From sequence record PQ015379.1: DNA of 64,000 nucleotides. One strand, written 5' to 3'. This document shows positions 1-10,600 of the stretch, piece by piece; the stretch's first letter is position 1, and each line of letters starts with the position of its first letter. Position numbers and translations under genes: made by a program. The notes below the pieces were generated by a model. The model was not told the origin of the DNA. It did not search any database and saw only the letters and a program-made list of their open reading frames with translations.

Positions 1-60
1 CGCTCCTAAAGTCCGCCTCGCCTAATACGTGAAGCGGCGCTCTAGGGCGTAGCAAAACGA

Positions 61-94
61 AACCCGTCTCTCTTTATTGGGAGGCGGGTTTTTT
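61..94 (+). terminator. Rho-independent terminator
   Basis: AACCCGTCTC...GAGGCGGGTT stem (one G-U) followed by a T run. Confidence 0.8.
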
Positions 95-107
95 GCGTTA
101 TGGACCA

Positions 108-114
108 TAATTTA
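108..114 (+). promoter_or_regulatory. TAATTTA putative late promoter motif
   Basis: Same heptamer recurs just upstream of several virion genes (4421, 26142, 40174, 40292, 47377, 60466). Confidence 0.55.
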
Positions 115-146
115 TTTGTATATCCTCCTATTCGGGTGTACAGGCA

Positions 147-1148
147 TTGCAAATACAATCCAAATACATCGATGACAACCCGAACATCATCGACCTTAAA
201 AACGCCCGAAACGCAAACGAAGTCGTAACGGTATTAACCCGAATCAATACGGCTACCGGCGTTTTGGTTTCCAAATTCAACCAAAAGAAGCTGCCATTCC
301 TGAAGGTTTCCGATGGTGTGGAAGCCCTCACGTTCTGCGTTGATTCGTTGGTCGAACTACGCTGTGCACGTTCTGTTGCGCAGGAATTCAGCGATTCCAA
401 ACGCGACCGCTGTTTCCAGATGATCAGCGCCCTGCAATCCAACATCCGTTCGTTCCAGAAAACGCTGTTGGATTTGATCGATGGTGTTTGCAGTTCCCGC
501 ATGGACAAACACCTCGATTACCTTTCGGATATCGTCTACAAAATCCTTTCGCGAATCAGCCACACCACGCAGCTGCACCTGCGCCTGCCTGAATATCAGA
601 TGATTTGCTTCCGCACTGATTCCGGCATTCAGGATAAAAACGGCTACGTTAGCGGCCCGATCACGGTGAAGCTCACGCTGCTGGGCGGTGTATATCGCAT
701 TTCGATCCCTGATTCGCCGTACGTGCTTTCCGGTGAAACCATCGTTGAATCGGCAAAGGATGTGCAAACGTACATCACGGGCAACCTTTCCGATTTCGAA
801 TACGTCGGCAAACCGGTGCCCAAGGACGACAAACTGCTGGCGTCCAAACTGGTGAAAAACATTGAGGTAACGGACGATACTTTGAACGTCGTTTTGAAAC
901 CCTTCGTGAAGCCAGAAGATATCAACAAGTTTTTGATGCGGGTTCTGCCGTATCTCAAGCGTGCGGTTAGCCTGCCCGACACTGATGTGATCCACCGCGT
1001 TTCGCAGTACGGGAACAATTTCATGATTTCTTTCATCGTGGGTAAACGGAAAATCTACGATGTGCAATCACTGAATAAACTGACGAAGCTGCTGAACGTC
1101 GGCAAGTCGGAAAAAGACAAACTCAACACAATCATGGAACAATCCTAA
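147..1148 (+). CDS. Hypothetical protein, probably virion-associated (333 aa, TTG start)
   Basis: Long ORF with typical codon usage, downstream of TAATTTA; no recognised motif. Confidence 0.7.
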   Translation: MQIQSKYIDDNPNIIDLKNARNANEVVTVLTRINTATGVLVSKFNQKKLPFLKVSDGVEALTFCVDSLVELRCARSVAQEFSDSKRDRCFQMISALQSNIRSFQKTLLDLIDGVCSSRMDKHLDYLSDIVYKILSRISHTTQLHLRLPEYQMICFRTDSGIQDKNGYVSGPITVKLTLLGGVYRISIPDSPYVLSGETIVESAKDVQTYITGNLSDFEYVGKPVPKDDKLLASKLVKNIEVTDDTLNVVLKPFVKPEDINKFLMRVLPYLKRAVSLPDTDVIHRVSQYGNNFMISFIVGKRKIYDVQSLNKLTKLLNVGKSEKDKLNTIMEQS

Positions 1149-2279
1149 ATGGCACAAGACCTCAGTTTCATCAAAAAGATGACGCCGGAACAGGCTGCGA
1201 AATACTACAAAAACCGGAAGAGCACCTATCGCCGGTTGCTGTCGAAATTCACCAGCCTGCTGCGTTTCTTCTTTGGCAAATCGTTCCGTTCGAACGTTGC
1301 CACCGCTTCCGAAGTGAAGGTGCGCGAAGTCCGTGATGGTTCTGGTGGTGGCGGTAGTTCCGCTGGCTATGGCCTGTCGGTTCAAAAGCTGAAAATTCCG
1401 GGCAAACGCCAACTGCAAAAGAACCTCGATGCCCTCGAAATGCGCGGCGCCATTGACGAACTCGATGCGATCATCGACCAGTGCAGCGCTACCGAAAACG
1501 CTGGCATGAAAGCGCTGGTTAAAGACATGATCGCCAACCGCAACGCGCTGGCCGAAGTCTACACCGAAGCCCTGCATGCCATGTCGGAAATGTCCGAGAA
1601 TTTCATTCCGGATGAAGTGGGCGATCTGTTCAAACGCATTCAGAAATACTTCGACAGCATGGAGAAAAACCATGTCGAAGCGCGTGGCGAAACCGACGAA
1701 AACGAAGACGAACTGGCCTACTACATCAACGTAGGCACCAAAGACGGCGGGATGGATTTCGTACTGAACTGCGATATCACCCACTGGCGCAACGTCACCG
1801 AAGGTTTCCACAAGGCGCTGTGCGTCGTGGTCACTGTTCGCGTTGAGCCGAACGAATCTGCATTCTCGTTCAAATCCTACGTGAACATTCTGGATCGCGT
1901 GGCCCTGCCGTACCTGTACAACCTCGGTTCGGAAATCACTGGCGAAAACACTTCCGCCGTCGCGAAAAACTTCGTGAAAAACATCGACCGCGAAATCGCT
2001 CGCCACAACGTGGTGCTGTTCGCCACCAAGGCCGATCTTAACCTCGATGCCACCGAAGTGCAGACCCGTCTGTCGAAAATCGAAGGCGTGTCGGGCGTCG
2101 TGGTGGAACCGAATGAAGTCGTTCTGGAATTCCCTGATGACAATCGCGAAATCCAAACCGAAGTTATGAAAGTGCTGGGCAACCTGCGTGAAGTAAAAGC
2201 GCTGGTGAAGAAAGGCTATACCCAGTCGCTGCGTAACATCGACCTCAACGTTCATTCCTACAGCCTCACTCTGAAGTAA
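1149..2279 (+). CDS. Hypothetical virion protein (376 aa)
   Basis: Abuts the previous ORF; contains NVATAS motif shared with head proteins. Confidence 0.75.
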   Translation: MAQDLSFIKKMTPEQAAKYYKNRKSTYRRLLSKFTSLLRFFFGKSFRSNVATASEVKVREVRDGSGGGGSSAGYGLSVQKLKIPGKRQLQKNLDALEMRGAIDELDAIIDQCSATENAGMKALVKDMIANRNALAEVYTEALHAMSEMSENFIPDEVGDLFKRIQKYFDSMEKNHVEARGETDENEDELAYYINVGTKDGGMDFVLNCDITHWRNVTEGFHKALCVVVTVRVEPNESAFSFKSYVNILDRVALPYLYNLGSEITGENTSAVAKNFVKNIDREIARHNVVLFATKADLNLDATEVQTRLSKIEGVSGVVVEPNEVVLEFPDDNREIQTEVMKVLGNLREVKALVKKGYTQSLRNIDLNVHSYSLTLK

Positions 2280-3184
2280 TGCACGATCACATTGTCATGC
2301 CGCTGGACTTTCGTCTGTCGGCATGGCCAAAAGGCGGCGATAACTACGTTACGACTTACAACACTGATCGCTACCTGATCGATCTGAAAATGGTCCTCGA
2401 TTATGTCGAAGAGTCCCTGAAGGGCACGCCGATGGCGTTCATTTTCAAAACGTCTTTCACGCTGGTGAACCTCTATACGATGTACACCGATCACAGCGTG
2501 GGATTGTGCGACAGTCCACCGAAAAATGTGATGCGAACTGGATTGGTTTTCACGTTCGCTCGCACGATTCGTCAATACGACAATACACAAAAAGCCGTTC
2601 ATTCCACGTGGATGCGCGGCTATACGTGCATTTGGGGGACTTCCGATAATCAATCCGCCGATTACATCAGCATTTCGATCCCGCTAAACATCCTGACCCG
2701 TGCGCGCATGCAGCAGATGATGGATCGTGATCAGCGGTTGTTTTACGAAATTGCAGGTGGCTACACGAAGGCGATTATCAGGCAGCAAATTGATTTCAGT
2801 GGTGGCGTTGACACGACTGCTGCGAAGCTGCTTTATCAGAACATTCCGCGTGCGATGTTTTACACGTCGATGAATGATTGGAAATACGTTCTGGATTTCT
2901 GGAAGCGTATGCCTGATCTGCTGCACGTGGACTGGTCGCCGAAATTCATCGAATATTACGTGCGGTTCATCGCACCTAATCTGCCGATGCGCCAGCGCAG
3001 CAAGTATTACGCACTGTATCGGGAACAAGCGCAGGATCAATTGCGTGAATTCCTGTTGCGTTATGTGCAGAACCAAATCGAACCCGAGGAAGCTGGTCTA
3101 GCCGCCCTGTTACCCTTGGAAGAAAACGCGCTACACGATATCGAGACGCTGGTTAGCCAGCTATCGCAAGGGGTTGTCCAATGA
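2279..3184 (+). CDS. Hypothetical protein (301 aa)
   Basis: TAATG stop/start overlap with the upstream ORF; no recognised motif. Confidence 0.7.
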   Translation: MHDHIVMPLDFRLSAWPKGGDNYVTTYNTDRYLIDLKMVLDYVEESLKGTPMAFIFKTSFTLVNLYTMYTDHSVGLCDSPPKNVMRTGLVFTFARTIRQYDNTQKAVHSTWMRGYTCIWGTSDNQSADYISISIPLNILTRARMQQMMDRDQRLFYEIAGGYTKAIIRQQIDFSGGVDTTAAKLLYQNIPRAMFYTSMNDWKYVLDFWKRMPDLLHVDWSPKFIEYYVRFIAPNLPMRQRSKYYALYREQAQDQLREFLLRYVQNQIEPEEAGLAALLPLEENALHDIETLVSQLSQGVVQ

Positions 3185-4398
3185 GTGTTTACGAAGGCAC
3201 TACTTGCACGATCACCGAAGAGTTTTTCGATGAATTCGACGACCCGGTAATTCCCACGGAAAACACCCCGGCCCCGTTCGTTCGATTATTCGATACCGAC
3301 AAATCGGTGATTGCCGAGGTTTACGCCAAGCCATACACCACCAAGCCCGGCCACTGGATTGCTGATCTGCCGATTCCGAATATGGATCTGCGCGATGCTG
3401 TGGAATTGGTCGCGAAGTGGAGTTTCGAATCGGACACGGGCCGCTATCAATCGACCACGAAAATTCTGGTTGAACCTGCGACCCTTGGCCGGGAATCCGA
3501 CATTGTGGTTATTTGCGGTCGTGATACGCGCATGCAGGTTACGGTGCCGATCACGTACAAACCGCCTGTGGCCCCGATCAAAGCCAATTTGGCCCGTGGT
3601 ATTGCGGCCAAAGAAGGTAAGCCCGGTGACAAGCTGACTGTTTCGCTTTTTGACAACAACAAAACAGTTTTCAACGACTGGGATGTTGAGGATCAGGCGA
3701 TCAAAGTCGAAAGCATGAAAAAGCGGACGGTTATCGATATGCCTGCAATCATGGGTACGCCGCAAATGGCGCCGCTCACGATGCTGGTTGACCACACCCC
3801 AAAAAGAAAGCTGGCGAAAACCACGCTGACTTACAAGGTGTGGGCGATTACCCCGCAAATCCTCATGGCTTCCCGCCAGCTTGAGGATTATATCAACCGG
3901 GCGCGGGTTGCGAACATCATTCCGGAACTGGAATACACGCAATCCGATATCATGGAATATTTGGCACGCGGCCTGTCGTTTTTCAACGGGTTGCAGCCGA
4001 ACATTACCAACTTCACCGGCACCAACATGCAAGGGCCGCTGATGGATGCATGGTTGACCTGTAGCTGCATTTACGCCCTCGGTTCACAGAACTTGGCTGA
4101 AGGCAGCTTAGCATTTGATTTCGGGGGTCAAACCGTTAGCTTGAACGTTGACCGTACCCCTGCCCTCGAATCGGCTTTGGGCCGGATCGATGCGCAAATA
4201 GAATCGCAAGTTAAACCGCTGAAAAAACTGTTGGGTCGTGCCGGTGTGTTGGGCGGTGACGGATCAGCAGGCGGATCGTTCATTGATTCCAGTCGTGCTT
4301 TCGGGATCTTGGGCATTTCGAATACCCCGATGACCCGTTTGCCGGGCTATGCGGGGCGTGGCCAGCAGGCTGGCGGATTCTTCCGCAATTTCTTCTAA
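3181..4398 (+). CDS. Putative neck/head-tail adaptor protein (405 aa)
   Basis: ORF is clear. C-terminal helical region followed by a short beta hairpin (GGQTVSLNVDRT..LESALGRI) resembles adaptor proteins; function is tentative. Confidence 0.4.
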   Translation: MSVYEGTTCTITEEFFDEFDDPVIPTENTPAPFVRLFDTDKSVIAEVYAKPYTTKPGHWIADLPIPNMDLRDAVELVAKWSFESDTGRYQSTTKILVEPATLGRESDIVVICGRDTRMQVTVPITYKPPVAPIKANLARGIAAKEGKPGDKLTVSLFDNNKTVFNDWDVEDQAIKVESMKKRTVIDMPAIMGTPQMAPLTMLVDHTPKRKLAKTTLTYKVWAITPQILMASRQLEDYINRARVANIIPELEYTQSDIMEYLARGLSFFNGLQPNITNFTGTNMQGPLMDAWLTCSCIYALGSQNLAEGSLAFDFGGQTVSLNVDRTPALESALGRIDAQIESQVKPLKKLLGRAGVLGGDGSAGGSFIDSSRAFGILGISNTPMTRLPGYAGRGQQAGGFFRNFF

Positions 4399-4420
4399 AC
4401 CAACGAATTCAAACAATTCG

Positions 4421-4427
4421 TAATTTA
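4421..4427 (+). promoter_or_regulatory. TAATTTA putative late promoter motif
   Basis: Intergenic, 30 nt before ATG 4458. Confidence 0.55.
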
Positions 4428-4457
4428 ATCAATACAACCCTCTGGAGATTCTCCCCA

Positions 4458-5309
4458 ATGGCATTCGATACTTCCAAGGCCAAAAGCGCGCTGGTTACTT
4501 CCGGCGAAACCGCCGCGACCAAAGTGCACATCCGTGAAGCCTTCCCAATCGACGACCGCTTCATGCGCGTTGTTGCCGTCGCTTCCGCTGGCGCCACCAA
4601 AGAACAAGTTTTCAACGGGATCAAAGCCCAATTCAAGGGCATTACCCCGATTCACGGTTCGTTCGTTTCGCTGGCCGCTGAACCGACCCTGCATCACTTC
4701 GAAGGCATCGTCGGCGTCGTTTCCGAACGCGTTGTGGTGAACGATGCGAACCGCGAAAACTTCAAAGCTGTCGCTGCCAACATGTACATGGACCAAAGCG
4801 AAAATCTTTGGACCCTGCGCAAAACCGCGACCGGTGAAGTAATGGTGAAATCGGTTTGCGCAGACGACACGCTGGTGATGCAGCAACTGCTGGCCTGCGC
4901 GACTCACGACCACAACGATTTCAACAATAAAAACCTGCACCTCGAATCTTCGGCGCACCGTGCCATGGTTCAAGGCGGCGATCTGATTGCCTACGTTTCG
5001 CAGCAATCCTGCGATCTGCAAATGGGCATCGCCTGCGCCAGCATCGACAACGAAGACGGTTCCCCGACTACCGACATTTACGTCACTCGCCCGAACGGCG
5101 CCAGCGAAACCGTTCACCGCGAAATGATCGTGGTTACTGCGGGCACCGTGGATCTGGAAGACGAAGAGGCCAAAGACGCCAACGAAATCGCCACCGCTTC
5201 GGCTGCCGACGTTGACCGCTTCGCTTCGTTCTACAGCCGCGTTTTCGCCCGTCGTCCTGCGTTCTTCGACGACTTCATGACTCGCGTTCGCAGCTACGTT
5301 TTCTTCTAA
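4458..5309 (+). CDS. Hypothetical head-associated protein (283 aa)
   Basis: GGAG RBS; AVAS and ATAS motifs; flanked by promoter motif and terminator. Confidence 0.75.
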   Translation: MAFDTSKAKSALVTSGETAATKVHIREAFPIDDRFMRVVAVASAGATKEQVFNGIKAQFKGITPIHGSFVSLAAEPTLHHFEGIVGVVSERVVVNDANRENFKAVAANMYMDQSENLWTLRKTATGEVMVKSVCADDTLVMQQLLACATHDHNDFNNKNLHLESSAHRAMVQGGDLIAYVSQQSCDLQMGIACASIDNEDGSPTTDIYVTRPNGASETVHREMIVVTAGTVDLEDEEAKDANEIATASAADVDRFASFYSRVFARRPAFFDDFMTRVRSYVFF

Positions 5310-5328
5310 GCAACTGCGGGAAATTCAG

Positions 5329-5352
5329 AAGGGGGCCATGCGCCCCCTTTTG
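5329..5352 (+). terminator. Rho-independent terminator
   Basis: AAGGGGGC-CATGC-GCCCCCTT plus TT. Confidence 0.7.
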
Positions 5353-5384
5353 TCGGTTTGGTGTGACATTAGGGGACGCTTTTC

Positions 5385-6176
5385 ATGGCAGTTAAAAAAG
5401 GTTCGGGTGTGAAGGTTCGCACCGTGCGCGGGGGCGACGATGACGACGGGATCGTGATCGACCGCAAAGGAAAACCACGCAATAGCAATCTTGACGAAGG
5501 GCGCGGCCCCGGCATCAAGAAAAAGAAGAAAATCAAACCGAAAGAACGCGAAGATTTGACGCCCGAGGACAACACGTTCAAGGTCGGCAAAGACCCGCTC
5601 AAAAAGAAGAAAAAGAAAGCGATTGAAGGCGATTATCTGCCCAAGGCATCGAACAGTAAAGAACTGGCGATGGTTAGCGCAGGCCCCGTGGCGCTGAAGA
5701 AAAAAGCCAAGGGCAAACAAGACGTGCTGCAAGCCGTCGAAGAGTACGTGCACCTGCCGCAACCCGTTGACGAATTCGACGCGGAAACCCGGCGCATTTT
5801 CGAACAGTTGGTCCGTACTGCTGGCCGACTGGAAGACCAGATGGAAGAGCGCATTTACAACAAAGACGTTTATGCACTGAACACCATCTATTCGCAGATT
5901 CGTGAAGTGATCGCGGACCTGCGTGCAACTCGCGATATTTCTGCACAGATTTCTGAACTGGAAGCCGTTGTGCTGAGGCCTTACCAGCAGATTGTGGCGC
6001 AAGGTTTTACCGACATGTATTTCCACATGATGGGCGCCATTACCAAGTTCGTGAAGGATGAAGACATTCGCGCCGAACTGGAAAAGAAAATGAAAAACAC
6101 ACTGGGCGAGGTTGCGGAAACCGTGACCGAAGAATATCCGAAAGCCCTTGATCGCATGCGGAAGGTACTGCTATGA
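5385..6176 (+). CDS. Hypothetical protein with Lys-rich N-terminus and helical C-terminal domain
   Basis: 263-aa ORF with poly-Lys tracts; overlaps the HNH gene start. Confidence 0.7.
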   Translation: MAVKKGSGVKVRTVRGGDDDDGIVIDRKGKPRNSNLDEGRGPGIKKKKKIKPKEREDLTPEDNTFKVGKDPLKKKKKKAIEGDYLPKASNSKELAMVSAGPVALKKKAKGKQDVLQAVEEYVHLPQPVDEFDAETRRIFEQLVRTAGRLEDQMEERIYNKDVYALNTIYSQIREVIADLRATRDISAQISELEAVVLRPYQQIVAQGFTDMYFHMMGAITKFVKDEDIRAELEKKMKNTLGEVAETVTEEYPKALDRMRKVLL

Positions 6177-6538
6177 GTTTGAGGCCGAAACGCGTTGCTC
6201 CCAAGAAAGTCAAAAGCGTTATTTCCGGACCCGGTAAAGCCAAAGTCGTGGCAAAGATCCGCCGCGATTCCAGCAAGGTCTACGGAAGTCGCACCGAATG
6301 GATGGCAATTCGTGAACGCGTGCTGCAACGCGACGGCTACAAGTGCACGAAATGCCCGAGCACCGAATACCTACAGGTAGACCACATTCGACCTGTGGCC
6401 CAAGGCGGGCAAACCGTGATGCAGAACTTGCGTACGCTGTGCGCAGATTGTCACGCTGCACAGCACAGTTCGCGCCACTCCAAACATTTGATCCTTTCGA
6501 AGAAGAAAAAAGATGCTGAAAATGCCAACCGACGTTGA
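6173..6538 (+). CDS. HNH endonuclease
   Basis: RDGYKCTKC..LQVDHIRPVAQGG..NLRTLCADCH: canonical HNH with Zn-binding cysteines. Confidence 0.92.
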   Translation: MSLRPKRVAPKKVKSVISGPGKAKVVAKIRRDSSKVYGSRTEWMAIRERVLQRDGYKCTKCPSTEYLQVDHIRPVAQGGQTVMQNLRTLCADCHAAQHSSRHSKHLILSKKKKDAENANRR

Positions 6539-7196
6539 TTCGGCTTATGCCGGATCGTGGGACGCGTTTTTGGAATTGCCCGAAACGAAAGGCCTTGACC
6601 AGAAGGTGATCGAGGAAGGTTTTCGAATCCTGCTACAGCAGGCCGGGACAAAGATCAGAACGCGATTTGCAACGAAAGATTTCTTTACTGTAAATAAACT
6701 GTATACCGAGTTCAGCCGTGCGCTGACTTCGAAGTTTTTGCTGACCCATTTGAAACCGTTACGCCACACGTTTGAAATCGTGTTGGATGCCGACCCGCTG
6801 GTCAATGTCGTGCACGGCTTCAAAGTTGTTGGACAAGCGAAACTGAAGCCGCAACGGTTCGACCTCAACTATTTGCTGAATCGAATGGTTCACGTAAAAG
6901 TGCTCAAGGAATTCCCCGAGGCACTGAAGTTGAGTTCGCGCAAAATGGTGCGCGACGGTAAGCAAGTGACCATCACCAAAGACCGGTGCCCCGCCAATAT
7001 CAGCCAGCTGAAACCGTGGCAGGAAGTAACGTTGGTCGTGAACCCGAAATTCAAAATCGTGATTGCCCGGCTGAAGGGTGATTATCTGGCGTTGAAATAT
7101 GAGGTTTATTTCCACACGGAAATGCCGCTTTACAAAGATACAGAAAAACAACTCAGTGCCTTATGGCGTGGGGCTTCTATTGGAGACTTGCAATGA
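6513..7196 (+). CDS. Hypothetical protein (start 6513 or 6522)
   Basis: 227-aa ORF, no recognised motif; contains an internal CTGTAAATA. Confidence 0.65.
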   Translation: MLKMPTDVDSAYAGSWDAFLELPETKGLDQKVIEEGFRILLQQAGTKIRTRFATKDFFTVNKLYTEFSRALTSKFLLTHLKPLRHTFEIVLDADPLVNVVHGFKVVGQAKLKPQRFDLNYLLNRMVHVKVLKEFPEALKLSSRKMVRDGKQVTITKDRCPANISQLKPWQEVTLVVNPKFKIVIARLKGDYLALKYEVYFHTEMPLYKDTEKQLSALWRGASIGDLQ

Positions 7197-7603
7197 GCAT
7201 CGTAAACGCGCTGGATGGTGTGAATTCCATTCTGGCCATCATCAAAAAGGGTGACGCAACACCCGAAAAGAAACTGGAAACCATTCTCGAAGTGGCGGAA
7301 GGTGTGCGCAACGATATTCAGGACGTGGCCGATAAAGCCTACGCCGATTACATCGACGAATTGCCGCCACCAACTTTCGACATGGAACAGGCAATCGCTG
7401 ACCTGTTGGAAAAATTCCGCAAGCAGGAATTCGCCAACCTGTTCTACCACTACGACAAGCAAGTTTTCGCCGATGAAGCCGACCCACACATTCGCCTTGC
7501 CATCGCCACCGCGTTGGTGAAATTCGCGATTGAGCAACAGAAGGCGCCGAGCGCCGTGTGGTCGTACATCATCCAAAACGAAGGCGTAATTTCCGAGGCC
7601 TAA
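7193..7603 (+). CDS. Hypothetical protein (136 aa)
   Basis: GGAG RBS, ATGA overlap with the upstream stop. Confidence 0.7.
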   Translation: MSIVNALDGVNSILAIIKKGDATPEKKLETILEVAEGVRNDIQDVADKAYADYIDELPPPTFDMEQAIADLLEKFRKQEFANLFYHYDKQVFADEADPHIRLAIATALVKFAIEQQKAPSAVWSYIIQNEGVISEA

Positions 7604-7605
7604 GC

Positions 7606-10600
7606 ATGAACCGTATCAACTGGAATAAAACTCCGTTGGCGCAGCAAATGCACCAGCGCCGTCAACAGCAGGAAGCGGCCATGGCCCTCGATGCGTACGC
7701 GGCCCTTGCCCGTGCCAATGCTGACGACGATGAAGACAGCGACGAAGTAGACGATAGCTCTTCCGAGTTCGTGAAATCCATTCGCACCATTTCTTTGGAA
7801 CCGGCGCGCAATCTGGAATACGAGTCTTTCTTCTACCCGAAAAGAGAACGTAACTTCCTCGTTCCGATCCTCGAATCGCTGTCCGACGTGACGGCCAACA
7901 TCAACATGTTTTTCCGTTTCATGCGGCTGATGATGGGCCGGGCCAATAGCCTGTCCAGTGCTTCGCCGGAACAAATCGAAAACATTGCCTCGCAAATTCA
8001 CGTGCAGGTTTTCCAATCGAAGCGTACCAAAGGTTCGATTGAGCAGGACACCGTGAATTTCATTCGTGCCTCGCGCCGTACGGCCCACACGTTCCACAAC
8101 GTGTACCGTTCCAAGCGCTACAACGAAGGCATCGATATCGTGCTGATGGGTGCCGGTGCTGACCCTGAAAAAGAAGGTCTGCCAGCCCCGTATTTCGGTG
8201 TGGAAGATTTCCAGCTGGGCCGTTCGGAATATCTGTTCGAACACAACGATCATCCGATGACCGAATCGCGTCGTCGCGGTGCGTGGCAATCGCCGGTCGG
8301 TGAGCGCATTCTGGCCGCCGCTCGCGAAATCCACATGTTCCTGTTTGGCACCCTCGCCAGTTCCGAACGCATGATTCACCGTGGCGTTCCGCTGAATACC
8401 AACTTCAGCGATATCGAACAAATTTGGGTGAAAAACACCGGCATCAAAATTCCAACCGCTGGCGAAATCGTCACCGATATGGTGGTGGCCAACCCGTTTG
8501 CTGACCAGTTCCTGCAAATCGAACTGATCAAGCAGCCGTCGCGCAAGGTCAAAGAAGTCGTCAAGAAAATTCGCGAAGATGCTGCACGTCCGGGTTATGG
8601 TCAAGAACCACTTAGCCCGAGCGCAGTAAACGCGAAAATCAACGAAGCGTTGAACGGTGAAAATCCGAAAGCAACTCCGGAATCGGAACTGCTGAACCTG
8701 ACGCTGCGTACCTCGATTCGTTTCACCCTCGAATCGGATATCGCGCACTTCGTGACGCAGACCCCGGACAACGAACGTCCAAACCTGACCCGTGCGAACA
8801 GCTGGTTCTCGCTGTACATTGCACAGGTTCTGCGTGCGAAAGTTTCTGGCACTGGCAAGGCCTACAAAATCTCCAACGCCGCCGCAATCAAAATGGAGCA
8901 CATCCCGCGCTATGCGACTTCGGCCACCACGCTGAAACGCATCCCGGCCCTGCGTGAACAACACGGCTACGTCGTGGAGCGCACCAAAGGCAACGCGGAA
9001 AACATGTACATTTTGCCAAACGGCACGATGGGTGTTCGTCCGTCGATTGACGCGCTGCAAAAAACCACGCTGGCCGAAGATTTCGAGAAAATTTCCGAAG
9101 AACTTCTGGAACTGTTGAGCCGTCACGAAATTCCACTGGCCGCATTCCAAGAAAACTCTGGCGCCGCCTACTGGCCGTGGGTCGAAGCTAACGATCTGGA
9201 ACGCATGCAGCAGCTGGTAAAAGAACTGCACAGTTTCGACGGTTGTTCGCTCGGTTTCGACTGGGACTTCGGGATCAACATTCAGGCCACCAGCACACCG
9301 GGCCGCACCGTTACCAGCACCTCGGTTGGTTCTGTAACTCCGGATTCGCTGGCCATCGCTGACTGGCTCGGTTTCAACCTTGCCAAAGAAGGCGAAAAAC
9401 CGATGAAGCGTTCTTTCGCGCAAGCGATGTACACGCTGAATCACCACGAACACACGGCCTACGCATATTCGCAGGCTGAAAAAGTTTACGGCGCTGCACC
9501 TGATCCTGTTGCGTTTGCGGATTCGTCCATGATCGGCAACCTGATCGATCTGTACATGCGTCTCGCGTACCTCGACAACAAGGCACCGAAATTCCCTGAA
9601 ATTCTGAGCAGCGCAATGCGCGCCCTGAATTACGAGAAACTGCCGAGCGAGCCGGGCTTCGATTACAGTTCCAAGTATTTCGAATCGGTCAAGCCTGACG
9701 GCACCCTGCCTGACAACCGCAAAGGTAACGTGCGCGGTATCATCCTGTCGCTGTTCAAGACCACGCTGGATCTGGCGTCGGGCGCGCAGGGCACGCACCT
9801 GTGGAACGAAGTTTTCGAAAGCCTGAAATCCGGTGACAACAATCCGCGCATGTCGGAAGTCAGTCTGGAACTGGAAAACAACGAAAACTATTTCAACAGT
9901 TCGATTTCGACCACTGCTGAATTCACCCGCCTGTACAAGTATTTCGGCGGTCAAGTGTTCAAGCAGATTCTGGACGCGATCAACTCGGTTGAAATCGAGC
10001 ACTTCGGTAATGCCCGCGCCGGTCAAGCACAGGTGCAGATGGGTGAAATTCCGGATTATCCGGGCCAGCAATTCACCGTCACGCTGGATCTGAAGCCGAA
10101 CGCCGTTCTGTACCGTGACGTTCTGCCGTTCGCCGTGATGCTGGGCAAATACGCACCGAACCACGAAACCATTTTCGCCGAAGCGCAGGAACAGGTCGAA
10201 TCCATTCAGCCTGATCCATCGTTCAGCGCCGAAGATATTCAGGTGCCGGGCCTTGTGTCGGAAGATCGTGCGATTTTCCCACACCAAGAATCGGTGCAAA
10301 GTTCGCTGCGTAAGAAAAATCCGCCGACCTTCGCAATTCTCGCACTGGCCCCCGGTGGTGGTAAAACCGGTCAAGGTGTGATTGACGTTGCGTGCCTGAT
10401 GAAAGACATGAAAGAGGCTGGCACCGTGGTTCGTCCGCTGGTGATTTGCCCTAACGGTCTGATCAACACGTGGTGCGAAGAACTGAAGTATTTCCAAGGC
10501 GCAAACTGGAACGCGTTTCCGATCAGTTCGGACGTGCTTTCGCGCTGGACAGGCAAGAACGCGCCGGGTGAAAAATTCCTGACCGATCTGGCCACCAACG

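Noticed and set aside
6505-6519. G_AAA_AAA slippery-looking run at the end of the HNH gene
   Set aside because: The -1 frame hits TGA at 6517 after four codons; it is just a Lys-rich tail.
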